From NCBI GenBank assembly GCA_951406725.2, contig OX597838.1, positions 14,942,001 through 15,006,000 on the forward strand: a stretch of 64,000 bases of DNA. The letters are read 5' to 3'. The notes beneath the pieces are model-generated. The model had not been told where the DNA came from and ran no database searches. It was given only the letters and a program-made list of their open reading frames with translations. The stretch's first letter is position 1. Each line of letters opens with the position of its first letter. A program made the translations under genes and the position numbers. This document shows positions 44,651-60,612 of this stretch, piece after piece. Source of the stretch: Octopus vulgaris. Taxonomy: Eukaryota.

Positions 44651-45166
44651 ACCTTTGATGTTATATCCTCTAAGGCTTTTTTAAAACAAACTTAATAGCA
44701 TTCAGTTAATCACTATACATATCCATCATATTCTGTTAAAATGTCTTATTGACAAGTTTCATTTCTTCATTTCCCTGAAGAGAAGATTACATTGTTTTAC
44801 ACCATTTTATTCCCTTGGAATAATACCAGTGATATCTAGGGAGATAACCTTACAATAAATCACTCGGTCCGTAGCTTAGAAATACTGGGTTGACGTCCAG
44901 CGGGAACAGCTTTGTTTCATGGAAGAGGAAAGATCATCTTTAGTACTTGGTTGTACAATGCTTTCCAATGTGTGTAGTAGTGGCGCGCGCACACATTATT
45001 AGCCATTTGAAAAGACTATGGAGTCTCGACCACGGTCGAACAATGATGATGATGAAGCAGTGACATTCAATTGCACACGGTAATATCATGCTGTGAAAAA
45101 TGTATTATAAACATCGGAAACACAAACAAGCAAGTCAGAATAATATATATAAATATTCATACATAC

Positions 45167-45836
45167 CTTTCGGGTAAGATCCATTGATTAAAAACTGCCT
45201 TGTAATGGGTCCGTCGTTATAGGTGTCTGTGGTTGGGCTCTTGGGTGGTTCCACTTTAGATTTTCGTAGATCATTACCACCCGAACCATAATTAGACAGA
45301 ATGGTGTTATCCTCGATAATCCGGTTGGCGTAACGGGACGAAGGTTTCTTTTTGTTATTGCCTTCGTCCACTGCGAAATCAGGGTTCAGCGTCACACTGG
45401 CCATAGATTCGAGCTCTGCGTTGTCAACGATGGACTCACACGAACACTGCTGTTTCTGCTGTTTCTGATATTGTTGTTGTTCTTTGTCGACCAGTGTCTT
45501 TACGAGTCTGTCCACATTTGAAGCCATATCCATCAGCAATTGCTTGTATTGAGCGCTCGTGTTCCGAAGTTGTTCCACTTCATGGCGCAGTTCGTTGTTT
45601 TCGTTTGTCTGTCGTTTCACTTCGATCAGTACAGATTCCACCAGATTCTTCCACTCGCGATGAAATCTACGAAACGGGTGATGCGGCCACTTAATTCGAC
45701 CGAAACAGCCATCGCCAGAAAAACGTATTTGGCGAACAGTCGGCTGTGTTAGAGACAGACAAATACAGGAAGCCAGTAAAACGTAGATAGAAGTCGTTTC
45801 GAGTGAATTCCGTCCCCTGAGGACAGTAGCGGCCAT
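45167..45836 (-). CDS. First coding exon (223 codons + 1 nt) of a secreted coiled-coil protein; possibly an angiopoietin/fibrinogen-related (FReD) protein
   Basis: The only long non-repetitive ORF. ATG in good context (AGT-ATG-G). Hydrophobic signal-like stretch IYVLLASCICLSLT/QP, heptad-rich WKNLVESVLIEVKRQTNENNELRHEVEQLRNTSAQYKQLL, then a polar linker. Canonical donor AAAG|GTATGT at 45167/45166, phase 1 after YPK, compatible with the P-K-D-C start of a FReD. The exon is well supported; family identity is inference only. Confidence 0.8.
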
Positions 45837-46255
45837 ACTAGATCTTTGGGTTTCTCTCAGGAAATGTTTTTGCTTTCTGGGAATATTTAATGCTCTCAGT
45901 AGAAGTTATCATAAATCGAAGCTGGTGCCAACCTGCTTCATCGTTTGCTTTCTATTTCTTTCTTTCTTTCTTTCTTCTTTTTTTTTTTCTTTTTGTTTTC
46001 TGTTTCTCCTACTCCTCTTTCTCTTCTCTCCCTTCTTCTTCAGTAATAATTATGCCTTGCTTTTACTCTCTCTCCTCCTCCTCCTCCTCTTCATACGCTC
46101 CCCCTCTCTCTCTTTCTACTCCTATTTGAAAAAAAAAAACAAAAAAAAAACAGAAATCTTTCTCTCCCTTCGACTAAACTCGCTCTTTCCAATTTTATAT
46201 AATGTGAAAGTGGGCACGTCGATGTGAAATAGGTTGTGAACAAAGAGAGAGAAAA

Positions 46256-46298
<43 letters not shown>

Positions 46299-46991
46299 TG
46301 TGTGTATAATAGAAGAGACGACGACGAAAGAGAGAGAGAGAGAGATGAGACAGGCAGAGAGAGGGTTTGGTACCAGTATTATGTTCCTTGTCCCACGATA
46401 GTGGCCTACAAAATACAAAACAATTCCTCATTAGAAGCGAAGATATTCCACAATTCAAGTAAACGTCGTATTAATCGCTAACCAAACCACAAATCCTATG
46501 ATATTGTTAGTGTTACTATTGTTGCTTAGCCCAATAACAGTAGTGTTCCTGTAGAACTATCATCAAATATAACCCAAACATGACCATCCCTTCTCTTTGC
46601 ATAAATCCTCAAAATACTTTATCCATTGTGTTCTATTTGTTTTCAAGACAGAAGAGTCTTATACGATAAGAATTTTACTGCTATTTTTAGCTTTCCGAAG
46701 CAACCACATGCAAAATCGCAACGATGGCTTGTCAACAAAATCGATGCTTTAGATGCATGAGTATAAATGTCGAACAGGATGAGATGGCGCAAAAATTAAA
46801 GATTCGTAATGGATGATGCATTTTTCCAAATTGAGTTCCAAAGAATTTGTTTTTATTTTTTTATTTTATTTTATTTAGTTTCAGCTCACAAGCTGTGGCC
46901 ATGCTGGGGCACCGTCAGGATTCCGTGAAATAATTTGGAAGTTCTGTGATTTGAATAAAAAGTTTTCATTAATAAAAAGTTTTCATATATA

Positions 46992-47402
46992 GCGCAGGAG
47001 TGGCTGTGTGGTAAGTAGCTTGTTTACCAACTGCATGGTTCCGGGTTCAGTCCCACTGCGTGGCACCTTGGGTAAGTGTCTTCTACTATAGCCTCGGGCC
47101 GACCAAAGCCTTGTGAGTGGATTTGGTAGACGGAAACTGAAAGAAGCCTGTCGTATATATGAATATATATGTATATGTATGTGTGTGTTTGTGTGTCTGT
47201 GTTTGTCCCCCTAGCATTGCTTGACAACCGATGCTGGTGTGTTTACGTCCCCGTTATTAGCGGTTCGGCAAAAGAGACCGATAGAATAAGTACTGGGCTT
47301 ACAAAGAATAAGTCCCGGGGTCGAGTTGCTCGACTAAAGGCGGTGCTCCAGCATGGCCGCAGTCAAATGACTGAAACAAGTAAAAGAGTAAAAGAGAAAA
47401 GA
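46992..47402 (+). mobile_element. SINE family B, full length
   Basis: Complete from head to (gtaaaaga)n tail. Confidence 0.9.
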
Positions 47403-47426
47403 GTATTAAAAAATATTACTCACTTT

Positions 47427-47478
<52 letters not shown>

Positions 47479-47479
47479 A

Positions 47480-47665
47480 CTCTTTTACTTGTTCCGGTTA
47501 TTTGACTGCGGTCATGATGGAGCACCGCCTTTAGTCGAAGAAACCGCCCCAGCACTTATTCTTCGTAAACCTGGTACTTATTCTACCGGCCTCTTTTGCC
47601 GAACGACTACGTTTCGGGGTTGTCATGCGATGCTGGGGGAGGGGGAAACACACACACACACATAT

Positions 47666-47711
<46 letters not shown>

Positions 47712-47879
47712 GACGGGCTTCTTCCAGTTTCCAGTTTCCACCTACCAAATCCACTCACAAGGCTTTGGTCGGCCCGAGGCTATAGTAAAAAAAAAACACT
47801 TGCATAAGGTGCCGCGCAATGGGACTGAACCAGGAGCCATGTGGTTGGGAAGAAAGCTTCTTACCACACAGTCACACCT
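47480..47879 (-). mobile_element. SINE family B, full length, inverted relative to 46992-47402
   Basis: Homology to other copies. Confidence 0.85.
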
Positions 47880-47947
47880 ATACGTACATACATATATTCT
47901 CATACTAAAATCATGTTTATTATTTAATGTCTTATTAAAGTTAGGAT

Positions 47948-48322
47948 GTGGAGGCGCAATGGCCCAGTGGTTAGGGCAGCGGACTCGCGGTTATAGGATC
48001 GCGGTTTCGATTCCCAGACCGGGCGTTGTGAGTGTTTATTGAGCGAAAACACCTAAAAGCTCCACGAGGCTCCGGCAGGGGGTGGTGGCGATCCCTGCTG
48101 TACTCTTTCACCACAACTTTCTCTCACTCTTACTTCCTGTTTCTGTTGTACCTGTATTTCAAAGGGGCCGGCCTTGTCACTCTCTGTGTCACACTGAATA
48201 TCCCCGAGAACTACGTTAAGGGTACACGTGTCTGTGGAGTGCTCAGCCACTTACACGTTAATTTCACGAGCAGGCTGATCGGATCAACCGGAACCCTCAT
48301 CGTCGTAACCGACGGAGTGCTT
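47948..48322 (+). mobile_element. SINE family C, full length
   Basis: tRNA-Arg-like head; 12-bp TSD ATTAAAGTTAGG. Confidence 0.9.
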
Positions 48323-48841
48323 CCATCCCATTAAAGTTAGGGAGGTGAATGCGTGTTGTCCGTGGAACAACGGTATGAACTGTGGTTCTTGCAATTCGTA
48401 TAACGGTTTCGTGACAAAATATATTTTAGATTTTCATCTCGACGGCATTCCCTATTTTGGTAACTGTTAATTCATGGGATTCTTTAAAATCAAAACATTT
48501 ACATGGTTCATTTAAAGGTGGGGGCGTTTTGCTGGTCGCTCGCACACCTTGCTAGAAATAGCTACCAAATCTCCCCTTGAATTACAATTTACCATTTTGT
48601 CTTTTTTCTTTTTTTTAAAAAAAAAAAAAAAACGCAAATGAGGGTCACGTTGGATATTGTAGTCTTAGATGCAGGACATATGAAAACAAACAAAAACACA
48701 ATGGTGATGGTTGGAACGGCTCTAATTATAAGTTTTGTTCGATCAAAGCTGACCCGTGGCTAACCAACAACAACAAATAATTTATTTACATTGAAGAGGT
48801 CACAGAATGTGTGACGAAAATATTCAGACAAAGGACACTAA

Positions 48842-49374
<533 letters not shown>

Positions 49375-49481
49375 TACATCCACATATTCATAGATGCGCA
49401 CACTCATGCATGTATACATATAGGTACATATTTATTGATCCATGTGTAAGTTTGTGTGTATTTATATATATATATATATAT

Positions 49482-49795
49482 TCTTTTATTCTTTTATTCT
49501 TTTATTCTTTTACTTGTTTCAGTCATTTGACTGCGGCCATGCTGGAGCACCGCCTTTAGTCGAGCAAATCGACCCCGGGACTTATTCTTTTTTGTAAGCC
49601 CAGTACTTATTCTATCGGTCTATTTTGACGAACCGCTAAGTGACGGGGACGTAAACACACCAGCATCGGTTGTCAAGCAATGCTAGGGAGACAAACACAG
49701 ACACACACACGCATACATATACATATATACGACAGGCTTCTTTCAGTTTCCGTCTACCAAATCCACTCACAAGGCATTGGTCGGCCCGGGGCTAT
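49482..49795 (-). mobile_element. SINE family B, 5' truncated
   Basis: Homology; (ttctttta)n tail. Confidence 0.85.
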
Positions 49796-49801
49796 ATATA
49801 C

Positions 49802-49832
<31 letters not shown>

Positions 49833-49939
49833 TGTATGTATTTTGTCATATATGTAAAGGTGTATCTGCGGGAGAAGGGTTATTTAACAACTACAGCAAC
49901 AACCAACAACAACTCCAATAACAACCACCACCCCCATCA

Positions 49940-49971
<32 letters not shown>

Positions 49972-50369
49972 GAAACATATAAACTAAGTAATCAATCCTG
50001 AAGCATTGGTAATGACTGGAAGTAACGTAGACAGCTGACAGAATGCTCAAGACAACACTGATAACCGTATGCTGATGGCCGGGTAGATGACCGGATGGCC
50101 ACTAGGTGTTGAGAGGCGAGTGATCACCATCACCACAGAGAGAGAACAAAGTCTTTTGGAAAGAATTCTTGGGGACAGAAGAAGAAATTACCCATGGCTG
50201 ATTCGCTCGTGAAAGCCATGTAGTCAAATGAAGGCTAAGTAATTATTTTTATTAATTATAATTACCCATATTGAAGAGAAAACACAATTAACTTTGATAA
50301 TTAACTGTATTAACTCGGGTATAAGTTTCATCCCTAATCTTGTGTTAAATCTTGGTACAAATTTTTTCC

Positions 50370-50465
50370 CCTCTGTAGCTTTGCCTCGTGTAACTCGCAC
50401 CCCAGATTTTTCAGTTATATTCAATTATAAAAAATAGAGCGATTTATACACGGGTAAATAGGATA
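50370..50465. mobile_element. Possible Tc1/mariner (pogo-like) terminal fragment
   Basis: TTATACACGGGTAAATA end motif with upstream cgtgtaactcgcaccc; only one end seen. Confidence 0.35.
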
Positions 50466-51106
50466 ATAATAGTTTAAATTAATTCCCCCGTAGAATGTTT
50501 TTAATTAATGTTCAATTAATTTAATTTCAAAGTTGTCCCCTTGATATTCTTGAGCAAAATTAAGTATTAAAGTTAATTATTCTTTTGCTTTGTTATTTTT
50601 CATGTCTTGGGTGTAATTTTAGTTTTTACTCTCAACCTCTTATTCAATCCGTACAGGACGTACAGAGATTTATCACGCGAGGTAAAGAAGGGGTATCTGC
50701 GTAGTCGCTCGACCTGCTAGATACAGTAGTCAAATCGCACTCAAATCCCACTTTACTGTTTTCAAAGAAGGAAGGACACATTAGATAAAGTGATCCTAGA
50801 CATACCTTTTTTCTCTCCTTTTCTAGAGTCTCTCCAGGTTCAATATTCAGGGTTGCTACATTCACGTGACTGGGCTGTTGCTTTAATCACGACACGTCCC
50901 ACCGTGTGATATGGGAGTTCTATCACTGTTAGTCGGGTCCCCAAGGATCCGTTTTCCTGCCACAAAGAAACCAGTGGTAAGAGGTAAAATTGAAACCCAG
51001 AGTACAAAGATCCAGACCAGATTCTGCAAAACATCCATTCCGACACCCCAACAATTCTACTAACCTTCAACCCTGATTTTACTACTTTATCTATTGTTCT
51101 CGAAAG

Positions 51107-51413
51107 TGAAGGCGCGTGGCTTAGTGGTTAGGGTACTCGACTCACGATCGCAAGGCTGTGAGTTCGATTCCCATCGGTGCGCTGTGACCTTCAGCAAGAC
51201 ACTTTATTTCACGTTGCTCCTGTCCATTCAGCTGGCAAACATGAGTAGCATCTGTATTTCAAAAGGCCAGACTTGTCACATTTTGTGTCACGCTGAATCT
51301 CCCTGTGAACTACGCGTGACTATGGAGTATTCAGCCACTTGCACGCTAATTTCGCGAGCATGCTGTTCCGTCGACCGGATTAACTAGAGCACTCGTCGTA
51401 ACCGACGGAGTGC
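51107..51413 (+). mobile_element. SINE family D: different tRNA head plus CORE-like segment, family-C tail
   Basis: TGGCTTAGTGG / GTTCGATTCC boxes, tgtgaccttcagcaagacacttt, then the tgtatttcaaa.ggccag...cgtcgtaaccgacggagtgcc tail. A second head lies at 52224-52348 (minus). Confidence 0.75.
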
Positions 51414-51755
51414 CAGTTTTTTTCTGTGTTTAAAAAAAAAAAATTTTTTTTTTACTGACTTCGAATAAGTAAAATGTAAAATTAACGTCGATGCTGTGTA
51501 TACGACATTTTAATGGCTCTCCCAATCTGCTTCTGTCTTGAATAAAAGGAGAAAAAAAAACGCTGCAATTACGGCTGGGGAAGTTTTTGATCATAAAAAC
51601 ACTGGATCAGAGTTAATCTGGAATTAAACAATAACTCGTTGTTGTTTTTACCCTGGTATTTGGTAGAACAGCCAGCCATCATTCATGAACGAGTACGACC
51701 CAGTTACATGTACAATATTTTCACTTATTGCTTTAGGTGACATTGTAGTCTCATA

Positions 51756-52136
51756 GTGGAGGCGCAATGGCCCAGTGGTTAGGGCAGCGGACTCGCGGTC
51801 GTAGGATCGCGGTTTCGATTCCCAGACCGGGCATTGTGAGTGTTTATTGAGCGAAAACACCTAAAGCTTCACGAGGCTCCTGCAGGGGGTGGTGGTGATC
51901 CCTGCTGTACTTTTTCACCACAACTTTCTCTCACTCTTTCTTCCTGTTTCTGTTGTACCTGTATTTCAAAAGGGCCAGCCTTGTCACACTCTGTGTCACG
52001 CTGAATCTCCTCGAGAACTACGTTAAGGGTACACGTGTCTGTGGAGTGTTCAGCCACTTGCACGTTAATTCCACGAGCAAGCTGTTCCGTTGATCGTATC
52101 AGCTGGGACCCTCATCGTCGTAACCGACGGAGTGCT
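51756..52136 (+). mobile_element. SINE family C, full length
   Basis: 12-bp TSD TTGTAGTCTCAT. Confidence 0.9.
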
Positions 52137-52729
52137 CCCCTTTGTAGTCTCATGCAGAGACACGATCTCGATCCCGTAACTCTGGATCCATTGGAATATC
52201 CAGCTGAGAGAGTTGTACCAGACGACTGGAGCAACGTGAAATGAAATGGTTTACTCAAGGACACAACGCGCTAACAGATGCAGAAATTAAACCAACGGTC
52301 TGATGATCATGAACCGAGCACGCTAACCTCTAGGCCACGCACCTTCACTTATACGTAATGACCCAATAGTATTATAGACTCGAGGCCTTTATAGGCTCTC
52401 TTTCTCCTCCCTGTCTGTGAGTTTAGTATTGTTAATGTTCAGTGAGAATATTAACAAGATGAGGTTTACGGGGAGGGAAAATTTTGCAGTTCTCAAGAGA
52501 AGAATAGCAGAGTGTGAAAGAGCTTAGGAGTGAGACTCAAGAATACTGGTGTGTGTAGTAGTGACGGTGTACTTGTTTGGGACGGGTGAGCAGTTAGATA
52601 TTCCACAGAAGCTGAGGCCCTTGAGACAGAGAAAGCGTAAGAGAGGACATGGAAGAAGTGTGATTCAGTGACTGCAGTGCAGTGATGAAGGGAATATTTG
52701 ACAAACAACAGTGTTGGTACACAACTAGC

Positions 52730-53113
52730 GTGGAGGCGCAATGGCCCAGTGGTTAGGGCAGCGGACTGGCGGTCATAGGATCGCGGTTTCTATTCCCAGA
52801 GCGGGCGTTATGAGTGTTTATTGATCGAAAACGTCTAAAGCTCCACGAGGCTCTGGCAGGGGGTGGTGGCGAACCCTGCTGTATTCTTTCGCCACAACTT
52901 TCTCTCACTCTTTCTTCTTGTTTCTGTTCTACCCGTATTTCAAAAGGGCCAGCCTTGTCACAATCTGTGTTACGCTGAATCCCCCCAGAGAACTACGTTA
53001 AGGGTACGTGTGTCTATGGAGCACTCAACCACTTGCATGTTAAATTTCACGAGCAGGCTGCTCCGTTGATCGTATCAACTGGGAACCCTCATCGTCGTAA
53101 CCGACGGAGTGCC
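52730..53113 (+). mobile_element. SINE family C, full length
   Basis: 12-bp TSD TACACAACTAGC. Confidence 0.9.
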
Positions 53114-53385
53114 ACGATATATACACAACTAGCCATATCAGAGCAGATGCCATTGTAGTAGCGGTAGAAGAGGTCGAGAGAGAGAGAGGAAACAGAACAT
53201 CTGCGGATCAGTGACTGTAATGTGTTAATGTGGTGAATATTTCGCAATCTGTTGGATGGCCGCTATCTTTTGGACGTGGCAAATAATGCTGTTTTTTTTT
53301 TTGTAACTGATTAGCCATAGGTCAACCTGGATGCAACAAACCAATCATTAAAAATTATTCGGCCGATTATTTAAAAAATTTTGTG

Positions 53386-53576
53386 TAGATATGGTTGAGT
53401 GGTAAGAGGCTTGCTTCCCAACCACATGGTTCCGGGTTCAGTCCTACTGTGAGGCACCTTGGGCAAGTATCTTCTACTATAGCCTCGAGTTGACCAAAAC
53501 CCTGTCAATGGATTTCGTAGACGGAAACTAAAAGAACGGTGTCGTGTGTGTGTAAATGTGTGTGTGTGTATGTGTG

Positions 53577-53629
<53 letters not shown>

Positions 53630-53846
53630 TGTGTTCATGTCTGTGTTTGTCCCCTACTACCGGTGTTGGTGAGTTTACGTCTCCGTAACTAAGCGGCTTG
53701 GCAAAAGAGCACCGATAGAATAAGTACCATACTTAACAAAAAAATAAGTTCCGGGGTCGAGTCATCTGACTAAAAAATCTCTCAAGGCGGTGCTCCAGCA
53801 TGGTCGCAGTCAAATGACTGAAACAAGTAAAAGATAAAAGATAAAA
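53386..53846 (+). mobile_element. SINE family B, diverged full length
   Basis: Homology to other copies. Confidence 0.8.
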
Positions 53847-54780
53847 AGTCCACCTAGGATGCAACAGCCAATGTGTCTGTCGTAAATTCCTATTTTTATT
53901 CTCAACACAATTCAGTGCAATTTGGCAACATTACAGCTACTATTTCTAGCAAATCATGCGACCACATGGAGGTTTCCTTGTGCATTCGTAGTCTAAAATG
54001 TTTGTTCGTGTAACAACAAGAACGTAAAGTGAGTCTAGAATGTTTGTTTATGTAATAGTAATCACGCTTCGTATATATGAACAATAACGTAATGTAGATC
54101 GAGGCTGTTTGTGCATGTAACAGCAATATCGTCTTGGATATGTAAACATTATTGCAACGCGGTTCTAGATAAGAAAACATAACTATATTTTGGGGTCCCG
54201 TGTATGTTACAAAACATCGTCTCATGTGTATGAACAGTAATATAGTATGAGTCTAGGATGTTTGTGTGTGTGTGAGACAGTAGCACTGTCCCAGACACGG
54301 AAGTTCTAGGACAGTGGTTTCCAACTGGAGTTCACATAGCCCTGGGGTTGTGGTGGTGATGGTAGGGTCCACAAAAGATTTTGTTGTTAAAACTTATCTA
54401 CAATTCACTAAATATTTTAATTATTATTGTTATATTTCGGAATGGTCATTTTGCCAGTTTAGCCAATAAAAACAGTTTCCGTCTACCAAATCCACTCACA
54501 AGGCTTTGGTCGGCCCGGAGCTATAGTAGAAGACACTTGCCCAAGGGGTCACGCAGTGGGACTGAACCCGGAACCATGTGGTTGGTAAGCAAGCTACTTA
54601 CCACGCAGCCACTCCTGCGCCTATTGTTTTTATTGGCTAAACTGGCAAAATGACCATTCCGAAATACAACAATGTCTGTTTCAACACACGACTTCACATA
54701 AAAAATCTTGCACAACAAATATTTTAATTATTATTTCTATGCAATTCCAAATAATATTTAATTGTAAAAATGCAAATTAC

Positions 54781-54937
54781 TTAGCGGCATTTCGTTCGTT
54801 TTCACGTTCTGAGTTCGATTTCCGCCTAGGTCGACTTTGCATTTCAACCTTTCGGGATTGATAAATTAAGTACCTGTTGTGCACTGGGGTCGATGTAATC
54901 GACTAGCCCCTCTTCCCCAAAATTTCTGGCCTTGTGC
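54781..54937 (+). mobile_element. SINE family A fragment
   Basis: Homology to other copies. Confidence 0.75.
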
Positions 54938-54943
54938 TTATAC

Positions 54944-55334
54944 TCTCTCTTTTACTTGCGGCCATGCTGGAGCAGCGCCTTTAGTCGAGCAAATCGACCT
55001 CAGGACTTATTCTTTGTAAACCTAGCACTTATTCTACCGTTGCCTTTTTGCCGAACCGCTAAGTTACGGGGACGTAAACACACTAGCATCGGTTGTCAAG
55101 CGATGTTGTGGGGACAAACACAGACACATAAACACACACACACACATACACACACACACACACATATATGCGACGGGCTTCTTTCAGTTTCCGTCTACCA
55201 AATCCACTCACAAGGCTTTGGTCGGCCCGTGGTTATAGTAGAAGACACTTGCCCAAGGTGCCACGCAGTGGGACTGAACCCGGAACCATGTGGTTGGTAA
55301 GCAAGCTACATACCACACAGCCACTCCTACGCCT
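54944..55334 (-). mobile_element. SINE family B
   Basis: Homology to other copies. Confidence 0.85.
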
Positions 55335-55727
55335 ATGTAGAAAAGCATACATAATTGTAAAAATATAATAGGAATGGTTAGGAGGGTCCAGCTGAATAAA
55401 ATAGGAATCAAAGGGGTCTGTAGGTTAAAAGTGGTTGAGAAACGTTGGACTAGGATTTTGTTTGTGTATGTAACAAGAACATTGTCCCAATTATATGAAC
55501 AGTACAGCAACGTTGGTTAGGGATGCTTGTGGATGTTATAGCAACACTTTCCCGGGTGCATGCACCGACATGGAACGTGGATCCAAGATGTTTATGCATG
55601 TAGCAGCAACATTATCCTGCATATGGGTACTAAAGGCGTTAGGAGGAGGGTGGATTAAGTTGTCACACCTAACAGGGTTTATTCACGCCCGTTCGTTATA
55701 TCAGTTAATTGTATTAAGGCCTGAGAC

Positions 55728-55921
55728 GACGAACTGGCAGAATGTTGTCTTTATGTTCTGAGTTCAAATTCCGCCGACGTCGACTTTGCCTTTCATCCTT
55801 TCGGGGTCGATAAATTAAGTGCCAGTTACGCACTAGGGGTCGATGTAATCGACTTAATCCCTTTGTCTGTCTTTGTTTGTCCCCTCTATGTTTAGCCCCT
55901 TGTGGGCAATAAACAAATAAG
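55728..55921 (+). mobile_element. SINE family A, internally deleted
   Basis: Homology to 175-401. Confidence 0.8.
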
Positions 55922-55994
55922 AATGTGTTGTTTAATGTGTAAAAGCCTTGTAATATGTGTAATTATATTTTATATTTTACCTACGTGCTGAACC

Positions 55995-56215
55995 GTGAGC
56001 TGGCAGAATCGTTAGCACACCGGTCAACACACTTAGCAACGTTTCGTCCGTCTGTACGTTCTGAGATCAAATTCCATTAAGGGTGACGTTGCTTTTTTTT
56101 TTTTTTTATCCTTCGGTGGGTCTATAAAACAAGTACCAGTTCAGCATTGGGGACGATGTTATCGATTTACACCCTCCTCGAAATTGCTGGTCCCTTGCCA
56201 AAATTTGAATCTAAT
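55995..56215 (+). mobile_element. SINE family A, diverged
   Basis: Homology to other copies. Confidence 0.7.
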
Positions 56216-56844
56216 TATATTAGGGACTAGCGAGGACGAGTAGAAGACTACACTTCGCTGAGGAGGCCTGATAATAGCGAAACATATTCAGAATTATTGT
56301 ATTTACTAACGATCAGATATGCTCACTCGTCTGCAAGCTGCATTCAACTTTTAATGAATTTATATTACGGAGTTGATTCCCTTACCGTTCTTGACAAGAA
56401 TTAATCATCAATACTAATGGATTTTCTCTTCACTACGGATATTATCTTAATACATCAAATCTTTTTGTTTAGTCTAACATTAAGTATCTTAGGTCGCACT
56501 AAACTGTATGTTCGTTATGCAGAAGGTGTCTTTGAGAAATTTTTCAAGTAAAAAAAGAGAGGGAAACATAAATAAAAGAAGAAAAACTGGAAAATAGAGC
56601 GTTTGAGAGACAGAGAAAGAGGGAGAAGAGGAGAGAGAGGGAGAAAGAGAGAGAAAGATAGGGAGGAGAGAAAATGAAAAGAAGACAGAGAGAGTGGGAG
56701 AGTGAGAATGAGAGAGAGAGAGACATAGACAGACGGAGAGGGAAATAAGTTTGTTACAGAGAGACTGAGAAAGTTAGGGTTGCTAATAAGGGAGCTGGGG
56801 AATGAAAACTTCAAATATGTGGGGTGAGAGAAAGAGAGAGAGGG

Positions 56845-59654
<2,810 letters not shown>

Positions 59655-59655
<1 letters not shown>

Positions 59656-60570
59656 ATTTTTTTATTAACCACAACGGTTTACATGAAGTAAAACATTATG
59701 GACAGTACAGGACAAAACAAAGAATGTATGTGTGAGTGTACAAAATTTTAATAAAAAAACAGAAAGAAAGAAACCAACATTGTGTAATCCTCAATAGGGA
59801 GACGTTCGAGGGCTGCTCCTATAAGAAACCATGGGTACCCTGACTTTTGGGGCAGGTGCCTTTTTTTCCTTCTTGTTTTCCTACTACAGGCTTATGCCCA
59901 GGGCAGGCCCGTTAACTCGTACCATTCTCGTCACTTTCATTCACCTTTCAGCAAACTGGCTAGAAGACAACACTCTCCTCTCTACCCTTATTTTCCTTTT
60001 CAAGTGAAACTCGATCAGGGATTGGCGAAAGAGAATAGTGTTTGTCTTCAGCCCCTTCAATCTCGTTCATCAGACGACCTCTTTTACCATGACCGCCAGG
60101 CATATAAAAACAACCTTTTCTTCCCGGTTAAAGGGAAGCGGTGAGGCGATCTTCACGATGGATTCAGTTGACAGCCGGATCCGTCCCACACGCGACAGCT
60201 AAAGTGGACGTTACACCTATCGCAGCGGCCGATTGGCTGAGGGTTGTGAGCGCTTGAAGACATTCCACTTTCCGAATGTTCTTCCTCGGTCTCTGTTTTA
60301 CCCAGGACTGCAGCTCCTTAAAAAAAAACTAGCTGCGGAAATACGTGTCTGACGAACTGCGACCACACCTGTTGTTCACCGTTAAGGAAGCACTGGAAAT
60401 GTAGCTTCAGCGCATGTCATCGACCACGGCATGCTCAGACCACAAAGCAGCGGCTGTTGACAGCAGATAGACCGCCTGACCATCGGGATACATCGCTTCC
60501 ACATAAAGCGGAAGAGTATACGCTCCAGCGTAATCAGATGGTTGCTAGGACAAGGCTCGATGGTCATGCG
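59655..60570 (-). mobile_element. L1/Tx1-like LINE 3' fragment, internally deleted
   Basis: LERILFRFMWKRCIPMVRRSICCQQPLLCGLSMP (post-RT F.F.W...GGLG-type motif) and terminal ...MVKEVV**TRLKG...KRKIRVERRVLSSSQFAER*; 3' UTR runs into a (TTA)n tract. Confidence 0.75.
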
Positions 60571-60612
60571 ATACGCGCGCGCGTGTGTGTGTGTGTGTGT
60601 GTGTGTATATAC

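Larger units (their letters stand above)
54312..55448. mobile_element. hAT-type MITE related to 26636-27391, carrying nested SINE insertions
   Basis: Ends CAGTGGTTTCCAAC / GTTGAGAAACGTTG, flanks TTCTAGGA / GACTAGGA; shared subterminal gggtcca...tcaaagggg motif. Confidence 0.65.
53960..55630. repeat. Degenerate ~39-bp repeat (tgtttgt..atgtaaca) split by the hAT MITE
   Basis: Units at 53960-54300 resume at 55450-55630. Confidence 0.55.

Noticed and set aside
47948-48025. tRNA-Arg-like gene (also 6098, 51756, 52730)
   Set aside because: Acceptor and T stems are imperfect, there is no terminator, and each continues into a SINE body with TSDs.
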